A model generated the notes under the pieces. That model was given only the letters and a program-made list of their open reading frames with translations. It was not told the origin of the DNA and ran no database searches. The position numbers and the translations under genes are program-made. From the NCBI RefSeq assembly GCF_009914755.1, contig NC_060936.1: a stretch of DNA of 64,000 bases. One strand, 5' to 3'. The stretch comes from the human T2T-CHM13v2.0 reference genome, Homo sapiens. Within the stretch, counting starts at the first letter, position 1, and the number at the start of each line of letters is the position of its first letter. This document shows, one piece after another, positions 1 through 14,390 of this stretch.

Positions 1-694
1 ACCACTTCTCAAAATGTACTAATCAGAGTTTAAGGATACTAGTAACAAGAGCCTAGTCTGATCCATCTTGAACAAATAGGGAAAATTATTTGCTTACATA
101 ACCAAGACTTCAGAGAGGTAAGAGTGGGACCTGGTTCCCTGGGAAGCAGGGCCTCATGACTGGCTCTGTCTCATCTCCACTTATCTCTGCATGTTAGCTT
201 TGTTATCTCAGACTGGTTCTCTTCCACTGGGAATGAGAAGGGCCACCAGCAGCTCAAGAATCATCTTGGTGACTATAGAGGGAAGAAATCTTGCTCTCCT
301 TAGAGGAAGTAAATTGGCAGAACCCTCAGAAAGCACTCTGATTAGTCTGGCTTGGGTCACACGCTAATCTCTAGACTAATCACTATGACCAGGAGTTCTC
401 GGGTGGCACAATTGGCTGACTGCTGCAGCCAGAGGAATAGAATTGAAAGAAAGATGGCCATCCCCATTTGGACCAATTGACAAGAGTAGAAAGAGGAACA
501 GTTTTTCAGATACAGAGGGCTGCTGTCCGAGAGAAAGGTGTGAAACAAATACCAATAAATGTTCACAATTCCCTTTGTTAATAGTTTGGTGCATTTCCTT
601 CCAGACTTTTTTTTTTCAATTGTGAGCAAACTTAGAAATGTAAGAAAATCCCAGTGAATGCTGGATGTATACCAATAATCAAAACAAAGCATGG

Positions 695-812
695 GGCCGG
701 GCGTAGTGGCTCATGCATGTAATCCTAGCACTTTGGGAGGCTGAGGCAGGCAGATCACTTGAGGTCAGGAGTTTGAGACCAGCCTGGCCAACATGGTGAA
801 ACCCTGTCTCTA

Positions 813-846
<34 letters not shown>

Positions 847-918
847 AGCCAGGCGTGGTGATGCACACCTCTAATCCCAGTTACTTGGGAGACTGTGTCT
901 CAAAAAAAAAAAAAAAAA
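695..918 (+). mobile_element. Alu with expanded mid A-tract and internally deleted right arm
   Basis: GGCCGGGCGTAGTGG start, ~31-A middle tract, right arm jumps from TTGGGA to GACTGTGTCTC; flanking AAAGCATGG repeated (TSD). Confidence 0.9.
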
Positions 919-944
919 GCATGGCTAGAATCCAGACTTCTCTC

Positions 945-1245
945 TTTTTTTTTTTTTTTTTTTTTTTGAGACAGGGTCTCACGCTGTCACCCAGGCTGGA
1001 GTGCAGTGGTATGATTACAGCTCACTTGCAGCCTCAACCTCATGGGCTCAAGTGATTCTCCCACCTCAGCCTCCCAAGTAGCTTGGACTATAAATGTGTA
1101 CCACTATGCCTGGCTAATTTTTTTTTCATAGAGACAGGGTCTCCCTATGTTGCCCAGGTTGATCCTGAACTCCTGGGCTCAAGCGATCCTCTCGCCTCGG
1201 CCTCCCAAAGTGTTAGGATTACAGGCATGAACCACTATGCCTGGC
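945..1245 (-). mobile_element. Alu (AluJ-like)
   Basis: poly-T then GAGACAGGGTCTCAC...CCTGGCC. Confidence 0.9.
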
Positions 1246-1624
1246 CCTTCTCTAATAGGTGGCATTCTACTTTCTTTTAGGACCAAGAGAAAACCAATTC
1301 ACCAAAGAAAGCTGGAGGTACAGGTATATCCTGGGGGATTAGGGTTGAATTCCATGCCTAACTTTTGGCAGAGAACGTGATTCTGAAAAGATGTTACAAA
1401 GATTTCCTTCAGATAAAATTCCGAGATGCCTCTGTCACATCCCATAAGATATGTTCCCAGCAGTTCTGAGGATACAGCATATTCTCAATGAATAGATGAT
1501 TATTTGCCTTGGAATCTGAAATAGGTACGCGTTTTCATTAGGTTTTTGCTGTTCACTAGGGATTTTTATATTTTAAAAATAAAAATATATACCTAAAAAG
1601 ATTTTTATATTTGAAAAGAAATTA

Positions 1625-2080
<456 letters not shown>

Positions 2081-2109
2081 TAAGAATTATCTATAAGGTT
2101 TTATAGTGT

Positions 2110-2625
2110 AAGCTATGGTAGCCAGCCTCTGAGGGCCGCCCCCACCCCCTGGCCCCGATTCTCACCTCCCTTGGTGTTCGTGCCCTTGTAAAGTCTTTTC
2201 CCACATGAAGCCAGTGCTGCTGTGTGGGACCAGTAAAACAAACAGATGGTTTCTGAAGCTAGGTGACTTTGCAGCTGTACCTTGTCCTCTTGTATTATTT
2301 ACTCTAAATGAAGTCAGATGCCATGTTATGGATATTGAAATAAATCTACAGAGTGGCATACGTGGAGAGAAACTAAGTTCCTACCTATAGTCACCACCAA
2401 CTTTCCAACCATGTGAGTGGGCCATCTGTACCTGGATAAAGCTTTTACATGTCAATCTCAGTAGACATTTGAGCAAACCTCATGAGAAGACCAAGCCTGA
2501 ACTGTCCAGCCAAGCCATTCCCTAATTCTTCTGGCCCATTGTTACAGTGAGAAATAATACATGCCATTATTTTAAGTCACTAAATTCTGGGATTATTTGT
2601 TACACAGAAATACAGAACTAACATA
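2110..2625 (+). mobile_element. MaLR LTR (MLT1-type), old
   Basis: TGGTAGCCAGCCTCT start and MLT1-like end TTTTAAGTCACTAAATTCTGGGATTATTTGTTACACAG...AACTAACA. Confidence 0.6.
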
Positions 2626-2815
2626 TAAACTAACAAGAAAAATAAATCTAACAAATATTTCTGAGTAAACTTAACAGCAACCTTTTCTTCTGAAATGCGA
2701 AGTCAACCTTAAGAAGCCAAATTAGACCACATTACTACAAATGGAATATATTTTCTGGTTCCTTTTTCCTATTGAGTCTGCTATTTTAAGAAGTACGCAT
2801 CTCTAAGGCACTCTA

Positions 2816-3120
2816 TTTCTTTTTCCTTTTTTTTTTTTTTTTTTTTTTTTGAGACGGAGTCTCGCTCTGTCGCCCAGGCTGGAGTGCAGTGGCGCGATCT
2901 CAGCTCACTGCAAGCTGCAAGCTCCGCCTCCTGGGTTCACGCCATTCTCCTGCCTCAGCCTCCCGCGTAGCTGGGACTGCAGGCGCCCGCCACCATGCCC
3001 GGCTAATTTTTTGTATTTTTTAGCAGAGAGGGGGTTTCACCGTGTTAGCCAGGATGGTCTCCATCTCCTGATCTCGTGATCCGCCCGCCTCAGCCTCCCA
3101 AAGTGCTGGGATTGCAGGCA
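2816..3120 (-). mobile_element. AluY-like, slightly 5'-truncated
   Basis: GGGTTCACGCCATTCTCC and CCGTGTTAGCCAGGATGG diagnostics; 7-bp duplication CTGCAAG. Confidence 0.9.
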
Positions 3121-3784
3121 TTTGCCTTCAGCCAGTGAGATCTTTGTTGCAGGGAGGACTAGAAACACTTTTTCTTCACCAGTAGTACAAACTCAGGCAA
3201 GAGCTGAGGTCACTAGCAAAATAATACAAAGTAGCAGAGGAGCAGTACCTCTCCACCCGCACCCAACTGAGTTTTCCTTTAAATGCTAAACAGACCAAGA
3301 CCTTAAAAAAAAACACATGCAACAAAAGTGCTGCTGTTCATATATTTAAAAACTTTTGTGGTTTATTTGTGCTAAGTAACTTGTTGAGAAAATGTGTGTT
3401 ATTGAAATATTTTTAGCAATGTAAACTCTCTGTTAATTGCTAAAGGAAGGGGTTTTTGGAACCACTCATGCTAATATTTGCTTTCCTGAGCACCAACTGT
3501 CCGTTAGCTACACGTTCAAAGGATTGAAAAGAAAAGAGTGTTAAAAATTGTCAAGGGGGAAGAAAGGGAAAGATCTATTTTTAAAAAGAACCATTTTTAG
3601 AAAAATTTAACTTCATCTAGGCATTCTTGCAAAGGTAACGATGAATTGCCCTTAGTGTCTAAAATTAAAAAAAAAAAATTAACATCAAGTAAATATGGAA
3701 ATACGCCCTCCCTTTAGCTACAGGGCTTAAAAAAAAAACAGCAACAGAAACCAAAACACTTCAAGTTAAAAACCATTGTCATCT

Positions 3785-4000
3785 AGAAAGTAGATTAGTG
3801 GTTGCCTGGGGCTGGGGGTGGGAGGGAGGAGAATGACTGTTAATGGGTTGAAAGTTTCCTTTTGGGATGATGAAAATGTTCTAAAACTGGATTATGATAA
3901 TGGCTGCACTGTTCTGTAAATATGCTAAAAACTGTTGACTTGTACATTTTAAATGGATAAAATCTGTGATAATTTAATTACATCTCAATGAAGCTGTTTT
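3785..4000 (+). mobile_element. L1M 3' end fragment
   Basis: AGTAGATTAGTGGTTGCCTGGGGCTGGGGG...GATGAAAATGTTCTAAAACTGGATT. Confidence 0.75.
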
Positions 4001-4749
4001 TAAAAATTGTAATTGATGACCTTGAAAATATTCAGCTAAAGGATTAGCAATGTGCAAAAAGTCACCAAAACAATGGTTCTGTTTCAAATGCTTTCCTCCC
4101 ACATCGAAGCAGTTACATGTGCAGAGCTAAAGTTCACATCAAATTTTAAGACACCCCAATGGTATGTTTAAAAAACTCTCTAACAAGATATACAACTAAG
4201 AGGCTTTTTTTGAGCTTGAAGGTTTGCTTCACCATGTGCTCAGACAATAAATTTGATAGATTTTGAACTTGCTGTCAGAACTGAACGGCTAATAACAGTC
4301 ATTTGCAGTTCCTATCAAGACAAATCTACAATGGAAAACTGAAATTCTTACAAGTGGAAAGACATGCTTTTCTTAGACATTTCTGTAACCACAGTGAAGT
4401 AGATCAGACATTTTGCATTTTAATTCTTTCAAAGGATTACAAATAAATTGTTTTCCTATAGATTACCTTAAATGTACAACAGTTGATATAAGTTTCATTT
4501 TGTTTGGTTCAGTTTTTCACTTCTGGCAATCTAGCAAATAAACCTGAATCTATGAGCTAGAATGTATTGGCTGTCTGTAATATAAAAGTTTTTTTGGGGA
4601 AAAAAAGGTACGTTTTTAAGTAAAAGACTAAAGATAATTAAAGGCACCCCAATTACAACTTTATACAGTTCAAATGAATAAAAGAAACCTATTATTATTA
4701 AATATCCCAGCTTCATATTGTAATGAAAGGTAATCAAATATTATATTTA

Positions 4750-5005
4750 TAATGAAAGAAGCCAGAAACAAAAGACTGCATGATTCCGTTTATATCATAT
4801 TCTGGAAAAGGCAAAACTCCAGGGACAGAAAACAGATCAGTGCTTGCCAAGGGCTGCCTATAAAGGCGCGGGAACTTTCTGGGGAATGGAGATGTTCTTT
4901 ATCTTGATTGTGGTTGTCACTATATGATTTTGGACATGTGTCAAAGCTCATTGAACTGTACATTAGAAGGGGATGAATTTTAATGTAAATAAATTATGCT
5001 TCAAA
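4750..5005 (+). mobile_element. L1M 3' end fragment
   Basis: TTCTGGAAAAGGCAAAACT...AACAGATCAGTG...TATCTTGATTGTGGT. Confidence 0.7.
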
Positions 5006-6827
5006 ATCTGATGTAAATATATAATTATGAATACTAGATTTAACTAGTCAAAGAGTATGCTGTTTGAGTTAACTATATGATGCTGAAAGTATACTGTGCC
5101 ATCAAGCAAAAATTGTCTGCATTTATTGAAAGTTTTATAGCTACCAAAAGTTTTTAAAATCTTTGTTGTAGAAAACTTGAGGAGAAAAAGGTTCTAAAAC
5201 AAAAATCTCACTACCCAGATAAAACATTTTTGGGTTGTTTTTGAGTGCATCTTTGTTTTTTTATATGTCACCCGTGTGTATAATTCTTATGTGGTTTTTG
5301 CGAAGATTTTTTTGCACACACACACATAAAACAGATACACACACACACATACATACATATATGCATGAGTGAAACAGCTCATTTCAATAAATATTTTTCC
5401 AAGATGGGCTTTTTCATCATCTATTTCCTCATGTGTAAAAATCAAGATTCATTCACTTCATTGAATTAAAATGAAATGAGATAAAGTAAACAAAGTATGT
5501 AAAAGTGACTGACACATAGTAAGCATTGGATAAATATTAGCTATTATCAGTTTTTACATTAGGGAAAATTATAATGTGGGTGGTCTGCTACCTCAACAAA
5601 CAATAAAGAGGCATCTGCATCAAGGAAACGGGACTCAAATACATTTTAAAAATCATATGCAGTGGGGACAATGCCATGGTAAACAAACACACATGGGCAA
5701 GGTGGCCTTGTTTTTATTGTCAAAATATTGAACACCTATCCAGAGAAGACATATAGTAGTCCCCGCCTTAAAGGCAGGCAAATCAGTTTCTGTTGTTTCT
5801 GACATCTGTTGGGCTTCGGTCTTGCCAAAGACACCCCCAACCTGCCCCATACTGGCCCAACAGCCTGTTCTTGCACAACCCCATCTGTCCCTCATTGGAC
5901 TGTCCATTTGATGGGGGAATCTGGTGAGAAAGAACCTGGATTACAAGGCAGGGAAATAAGCCACTGGTAGAGTGCAAGAGGGCAAAAGCCAAGAAAAAAC
6001 TGCAATGACCCTAACAGAGCTCACGCTGACCAGCAAACTTCCATGGATCAGTCTAGATAAAAATGTTAACCCTTCATGCTAAAATTAGCTTCTGCAATAC
6101 AAATGATTGAATGCTTTATAAGATACTTACTTTCATCACTCACTTGATGACAATCATTTACTGTATCCTCTTGTAATTTCTGTATTGCTTTTATCATTAT
6201 AACTCCATAGTAGCTATAGTTTATTCAAGGCCTACTAAGTTCTCGCTATTCTAGCTACCAAGTTTTTTCTCTATATCTATACTGATATATGTGCATATCT
6301 GGCATATACACATATATATGGCAATGTTACACACCTCATAGATAAAGTAGGAGAGATTTGAACCCAGATTTTTTTGAATTAGAAGGCACATCTTTCCATG
6401 TGTATTTGTTTCCCATTTTAATGTGAGTTGCTTGAGGAAAATAGCAATGTGCTATGTGTCTATTTTTTTCAATCTCTACTGTGTCTACTTAGATGTAATA
6501 TGTGTAGCAGATGCTCATATATTATATGAGAACATAATTGATTCATTAATGCTCATCACAGAGAGCTGTTGTAATATTTAATCCTATATAAAAATATCAT
6601 TGGAGGTATATTTGCATTAAGAGTTGTAAGGAAGGGATTCAACCCTAATTAATAACAAAATTGATTTATAACTTGCCATTGAAAGAGATAGTAATTTTAT
6701 TTTTAAAAAAATGAAACAAAGATGACAAAAGTAAAAGTATTTCCATTTATCACTACAAGGCTTGGAGGCATACTCATTTAAATTCCAATGAATTTAAGAT
6801 AACATTTGATTGTGGTTGTGACGATTT

Positions 6828-7410
6828 TTGTAGACTGGTGTTTAATACCCTTTCCATCATCTTTCCAATGTGCCTGCCTATTCTGCAGAAACTGGAAGGT
6901 CTCCCAGACTCCTTGCAGCTGGGTCTCAAAATTTATTTGGATTCAGCCAGTGTGAAACATTCATGTGAGAGCAAACCTTGCTTCTGTTACCTTGTCTGTC
7001 AAGCACAGTTGTGGAGGTGTTGGGCTTTCTGTGACAGCATTAGTAGAGCACCCTCACTGTCTAGTCATTAGCTTCATGGTTAAAAACGGCAAGAGGTAGG
7101 GCATGGGTTTTGCTGGTATGGATTATGATAAGTATGAAGCAGTTCTGAAGCCAGTAGGTATGGCAGTAGGTATGGTGGCAGTGGTAATGTAATTCTAGAA
7201 CCTGCAGCTTCCTGACTGGAGAAGAGGCAATAGCTACCTTGGTGGTCCAGTTCTGTGGCATAGCTTTGTGAGTTGTCCTTAAAGCTCCACCTCCAGTCTG
7301 TTTCCTCAGTATTTCAATGGTTCTTAAGCCAGTTAATACCCCATAATAAATCCTTTCCTGCTTAAACTAGCTTCAGTAGATTTTATTCTTTGCAAATGAA
7401 CCCTGACCAT
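6828..7410 (+). mobile_element. ERVL LTR (LTR33-like)
   Basis: TCCCAGACTCCTTGCAGCTGGG and terminal AATAAATCCTTTCCTGCTTAAACTAGC...GAACCCTGAC. Confidence 0.6.
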
Positions 7411-7693
7411 TTCAGAAATGAAATGGATTACAGGCCTCTCTAAAGAAAAATTAAATGGATGGAGGCACGATACTGTCAATCAATACAGTAATCAAAATGA
7501 CTCATGAGCCTAGCTAAAAAAAATGGATTTACATTGTAAATTTAGATGGACACTCTCTATTTGTAATCTAATGAACTCCAAAGAGAAGGTCAAATACTAC
7601 ATGCAGATAGAATATTACCATATTGACCAGGACTTATAAATTTATGATATCTTCATAAATTTAGCACTATTATTTAATAGTAATGTGCGGCAT

Positions 7694-9170
7694 GGCTGGG
7701 CATAGCGGCTCATGCTTACAATCCCAGTGCTTTGGAAGGCTGAGGTAGGAGTAGAGGTGACAGCGTGCTGGCAGTCCTCACAGCCCTCGCTCGCTCTCGG
7801 TGCCTCCTCTGCCTGGGCTCCCACTTTGGCGGCACTTGAGGAGCCCTTCAGCCCACCGCTGCACTGTGGGAGCCCCTTTCTGGGCTGGCCAAGGCCGGAG
7901 CCGGCTCCCTCAGCTTGCAGGGAAGTGTGAACGGAGAGCAGGAACCGGAGCTGCACGCGGCGCTTGCGGGCCAGCTGGAGTTCCGGGTTGGCGTGGGCTT
8001 GGCGGGCCCCGCACTCGGAGCAGGCGGCCGGCCCTGCTGGCCCCGGGCAATGAGGGGCTTAGCACCCGGGCCAGCGGCTGCGGGGGGTGTACTGGGTCCC
8101 CCAGCAGTGCCAGCCTACCGGCACTGCACTCATTTCTCTCTGGGCCTTAGCTGCCTTCCTGCAGGGCAGGGCTTGGGACCTGCAGCCCACCATGCCTGAG
8201 CCTCCCACCCCCTCCGTGGGCTACTGTGCGGTCTGAGCCTACGCGATGAGCGCCGCCCCCTGCTCCACGGCGCCCAGTCCCATCGACCACACAACGCCTG
8301 AGGAGTGTGGGCGCACGGCACAAGACTGGCAGGCAGCTCCACCTGCAGCCCCTGTGCGGGATCCACTGGGTGAAGCCAGCTGGGCTCCAGCTGGGCTCCT
8401 GAGTCTGGTGGGGAGGTGGAGAACCTTTATGTCTAGCTCAGGGATTGTAAATACACCAATCGGCACTCTGTATCTAGCTCAAGGTTTGTAAACACACCAA
8501 TCAGCACCCTGTGGTCTAGCTCAGGGTTTGTGAATGCACCAATTGACACTCTGTATCTAGCTACTCTGGTGGGGCCTTGGAGAACCTTTGTGTTGACACT
8601 CTGTATCTAGCTAATCTGGTGGGGACGTGGAGAACCTTTGTGTCTGGCTCAGGGATTGTAAACACACCAATCAGCACCCTGTCAAAAACAGACCTCTGGG
8701 CTCTACCAATCAGCAGGATGTGGGTGGGGCCAGATAAGAGAATAAAAGCAGGCTGCCCCAGCCAGCAGTAGCAACCCGCTCTGGTCCCCTTCCAGACTGT
8801 GGAAGCTTTGTTCTTTCGCTCATCGCAATAAATCTTGCTGCTGTTCACTCTATGGGTCCACACTGCCTTTATGAGCTGTAACACTCACCGCAAAGGTCTG
8901 CAGGTTCACTCCTGAGCCGGCAAGACCACGAACCCACCAGAAGAAACTCCGAACACATCCGAACATCAGAAGGAACAAACTCCGGACACGCCACCTTTAA
9001 GAACTGTAACACTCACCGCAAGGGTCCGTGGCTTCATTCTTGAAGTCGGTGAGACCAAGAACCCACCAATTCCGGACACAGGAGGATCACTTGAGACCAG
9101 GAGTTTGTGACCAGCCTGGGCAATATAGTGAGCTGTGGAAACTCTGTGTTTACCAAATAAATAAATAAAA
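7694..9170 (+). mobile_element. FLAM/Alu monomer split by an LTR12C insertion (7694-7751 and 9081-~9170)
   Basis: ...GGCTGAGGTAGGAG | LTR | GGAGGATCACTTGAGACCAGG... rejoin into one monomer. Confidence 0.85.
7752..9080 (+). mobile_element. LTR12C solo LTR (ERV9 family)
   Basis: T(G)AGAGGTGACAGCGTGCTGGCAG start, CCAATTCCGGACACA end, 4-bp TSD GGAG (7748-7751 / 9081-9084), TCTAGCT/CACCAAT tandem array. Confidence 0.95.
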
Positions 9171-9197
9171 GTGATAGGAGGTATAATTAAATAGTAC

Positions 9198-9499
9198 TTT
9201 TTTTTTTTTTTTTTTTTTTGAGACGGAGTCTCGCGTTGTCACCCAGGCTAGAGTACAATGGCATGATCTTGGCTCACTACAAACTCCGCCTCCTGGGTTC
9301 ACGTGATTCTCCTGCCACAGCCTCCTGAGTAGCTGGGATTACAGGCGCATACCATCACACCCGGCTAATTTTTGTATTTTTAGTAGAAACAGGTTTCCAC
9401 TATGTTGGCCAGACTGGTCTCGAACTCCTGACCTTGTGATCCGCCCGCCTTGGCCTTCCAAAATTCTGGAATTAGAGGCGTGAGCCACTGTGCCCAGCC
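9198..9499 (-). mobile_element. Alu (AluS-like)
   Basis: poly-T plus Alu body; TSD ATTAAATAGTAC on both sides. Confidence 0.9.
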
Positions 9500-9518
9500 G
9501 ATTAAATAGTACTATTTA

Positions 9519-10125
<607 letters not shown>

Positions 10126-10990
10126 TTAAAACTATATAATATTAGGTATGATTAAATAGAAGTGGGAGGGAAGGAAATACGTGATTAAACACATGAAAAA
10201 TAGCATTTTTGAATAGAAACTTTAAGATATGCTAATTATATGAAAACCTACTAATTTTATTTAGTTATGAGAAGTCTTAAGTAAAGCCTGCGGTGCTTGT
10301 TCTTAGGTGTCCAAGAATTAAAAAGCAGGAGCCCCTAAAAGAAGTGGGAAAAGTGTTTGAGAATACTGGATTAAAAGGAGAGCCCTCCATGAGAAGTTTT
10401 GCTTGGCAGTCTAAAATTACAGGATATAAGTGTAAAATTTTATTTTGAAACCATATAATTAATTGGGGCTAGACAACTTACTGCTAAGGACTTTGAACTT
10501 TCAGAAGGAAAAAAATAACCAAAATGTAAAATATGAGGACAATGATCTATTTGAAGGAGATTTTCCTGGAATGGTAGTTATAGCCACCATAACAACTTTC
10601 ATAATGCTTTAACTTAAAATAGTTGAAAGCCAGCTTTATAGTACCATCTAGGTGCCCAGCTTAAGTCATCATGAATGTATCAGCAATGTAGAACTGCTAT
10701 TTAAAAAGAGCTGACATGGTGCTCCAGTATATTAACTGAAATATGACACACAAAAACCATGAAGTAATTTTCCCAGTATATGTAAGGTTGGTCAAGCCCA
10801 TATTAGAAACTCACATCCAGTCTGAGGTTTCATATTTTTAAAAGAATGTGGAGAAACTAGAAAGGATACAGAACATAGCACAAAGAATGATGAAAGAACA
10901 CTGGGCATGAAATGGGTATGGGAACTAGTTTTACTTAGCCCTAAGAAGGCTAAGCTAAATGGTTTTAATATGTAACAGTGTTCTTGGCTA

Positions 10991-11405
<415 letters not shown>

Positions 11406-12932
11406 TTAAGTAAGAATTGGATCTACCTTTTGTTTCCAAAATAGCTAGCCAGACCAGCAGAGAGAATCTCCACAATGTGAAAACACCAGAAAAATAGGAC
11501 TCCAGCTGAACGATAGAAACATTGTATTTGTGGATTGCTGAACAAATATTAACATATTTCAATATAGGAAGGAATAGTCCCCTTATTATTAATAACATAG
11601 AAAACAATTCATGGAAGACCAGCATGCTGTACTAATTGCAGACATTTTCAGAAGCAGAATAGGTCATTTGCATAGGCATCCAGCTAGCTGTACTGGCAAG
11701 TTGAAGCAAGTTTCATGAAAAATTGTATAGGATATACTTAACATGTACTGGCAGATTTAAAACTCCAGTAGTAACACTCTTTAAAGCTGGACTGCATGCC
11801 AACGGGAAACAAACAAACAACTGGCCCCGGCTGAGTCCTTGTCCACTTTCTGTGAAGCATCTGCCTTGCCAGTCTCAGTGTTTTAAAGAATAATCTTGGT
11901 CATCAGGCTGGCTTCTAAAATAAACCAGGCTAGCATGGGATTAGAGAGGGCAAAAGAGCAGAAGGCAGTTTTCAAATGGCACTCACTGATTCTTTTGAAA
12001 ACCTCCTAAAATATTTCAATAATTAAATGAGGGTCTTCAGTTGCCAAAAGAAAAAAAAAATAGAATGACTGATTGTCAGAACAACACCTTAGATCTTGGG
12101 ACACCCTGCTGACCACATATATCAGAAATGAGACCCAGTGGTTTTCTACAGAATCACAATTCAGATTTCTTGAGGGAAGGTGTGGGAGGAGTTTGGAGGG
12201 AAGACAGGAGGGAGTACAAATGTGGTGTTGCTAGAGAGGCTCTGAATGTTTTCCGAAAGTATATGTTACTCTGATGCTTTAACTTTGCCTCCTGAAGAAA
12301 GAGGCATAGAATTCCAAGTAGAAGCGCTATTAAAAAAAGAAGTGCAAGGAAATGTCTTCTTAGTCAAATGAAGAGTAGAATGCACAATTATGCAGTGGTC
12401 TTGAACACTTCCAGAATTCTGTTTGGATAAGCAGAAGAATGAGTTTCAGATATTCCCTGTAGTGTGGAAATCTGTGACTTGGTTACTGCCCTTTAAGCCT
12501 TGCTCTGGGCAACTGCTTCCCTCCCCAGCATCATGGGGTTCTAATAGAACTGTCAACCAGACAGCTCTGCCTTCCCCAGTACAGGCCTGAACATCAAGAG
12601 AGTCCCATTTCCTCGACACAGTGGTTAGTCTGGAGGGGGCCATGCAACCAAACTGGACCTTGGAGGTTGACAGGGATGCTGGGAAATAGATGGCATCTCT
12701 CTTTCTGAGGCCACCAGATAACAAGGACATGTAAACTTGGAAGGCCACCTTTTATCTTTATTTTTTGGCCACCAGGAGAGAGCCTGCAAGAGAATGAGGC
12801 CGAGGCAGAGCAGAGCTAATACACGGAGAGTGAAAAATAATCCCGATAGTGTCACTTGAGCCATATCTAACAATGGTGAAAGACTAACCAACACTTGGAG
12901 TTTTTAGCTTAAGTGAGTCAATAAGCTGCTGG

Positions 12933-13262
<330 letters not shown>

Positions 13263-13529
13263 AATAAGCTTCTTTTGATGTATAAGCCATGTTGACTTAG
13301 CTTTCTGGTCCCTTGCCACCATAGGAGTTCTTGACTGCTGCACTCCCATTTTGCAGATTGGGAAACAAAAGCACAATTATTAAACTCTACGGTGAACAAG
13401 AAGTGAGAACATTCACTAAAACATTCACTAGTTCATAGGAAACTGATGTATATAGGTACAATTACAGTATCACCGTTTTAATTATTTGGATTGACACACT
13501 TTGGAGTTTGTAAGACATTTACAGTACAG

Positions 13530-13790
13530 GGGAGAAGGGCCTGGGCATTGAATCAGACAGCCGAATGCTCTGGCACTAGCCAACATTTAACTGCTGTAAG
13601 GTTTAGGTGGGAAGGGGAAGAGGGACACTAAACCTCACTAGGTATCAGTTTCCTCATCTGTAACATAGTAACGGGAAATAGTCCCTACCTCATAAAACTA
13701 TTATATGGATTAAATGAGATAGTGTGTGTCATCTGTTGTTACAAAGGCTGTTTAATGATACAGTGGGTGGCACTTAGTAAAGATTCAATA
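13530..13790 (+). mobile_element. MIR
   Basis: CAGTTTCCTCATCTGTAA...CCTACCTCATA...GATTAAATGAGAT core. Confidence 0.8.
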
Positions 13791-13808
13791 AATTCCTCCT
13801 GTTTTTCT

Positions 13809-13956
13809 TGTTTTTGTTTTTTTTTTTTTCCTTTTTCTGGAGAACGGGGTCTCGCTATATTGCCCAGGCAGGTCTCGAACTCCTGGGCTCAAGCTATCCT
13901 CCCGCCTCTTGCCTCCCTGAGAGCTGGGATTACAGGCATGAGCCACCACGCCCTGC
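13809..13956 (-). pseudogene. BC200 (BCYRN1) RNA retrocopy lacking the 3' unique C-rich domain
   Basis: minus strand reads GCAGGGCGTGGTGGCTCATGCCTGTAATCCCAGCTCTCAGGGAGGCAAGAGGCGGGAGGATAGCTTGAGCCCAGGAGTTCGAGACCTGCCTGGGCAATATAGCGAGACCCCGTTCTCCAGAAAAAGGAAAA..., carrying the BC200 diagnostics CTCTCAGGGAGG, GATAGCTTG and CCCCGTTCTCCAGAAAAAGG; 19-bp TSD AAATTCCTCC(T/A)GTTTTTCT at 13790-13808 / 13957-13975. Confidence 0.92.
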
Positions 13957-14146
13957 AAATTCCTCCAGTTTTTCTACAGATTGCAAACATGAACGTTATA
14001 AACAAGTCCTAGGGGGAGGATAAATTTTGCAGGGGAAGAACTGTGCATTTCAAAACATTGAATTTCCTCTCCCACCATGTTAACAGACTCTACAAAACCA
14101 TTCTAAATATTTATTAAAATTATTCTTTTAAAATTTAAAAAAAAAT

Positions 14147-14390
14147 TTTTTTTTTTTTGAGATGGAGTCTTGCTCTGTTGCCCAGGCTGGAGTGCAGTGG
14201 CACGAGCTTGACTCACTACAACAACCTCCGTGTCCTGGGTTCAAGTGATTTCCAGCTAATTTTTGTATTTTTAGTAGAGACAGGGTTTCATCATGTTGGC
14301 CAGGCTGGTCTAAACTCCTGACCTCAGGTAATCCACCCGCTCAGGCTTCCAAAGTGGTAGGATTACAGGCGTGAGCATCTGCGCCCGGCC
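14147..14390 (-). mobile_element. Alu with internal deletion
   Basis: GTGATTTCCAGCTAATTTT junction removes part of the right arm. Confidence 0.85.

Noticed and set aside
4352-4530. Possible minus-strand exons (4467-4530 with AAG|GTAATC donor; second donor at 4352)
   Set aside because: Weak polypyrimidine tract, stops in all three frames, and an equally good plus-strand acceptor overlaps; unsupported without RNA data.
8420-8720. Regularly spaced TCTAGCT/CACCAAT repeats that look like an array
   Set aside because: Normal LTR12 U3 tandem enhancer repeats; not CRISPR or a novel array.
7642-8884. GC-rich ORFs and CpG-rich blocks here and at 29787-30543
   Set aside because: Wholly inside LTR12C; open frames reflect GC richness.
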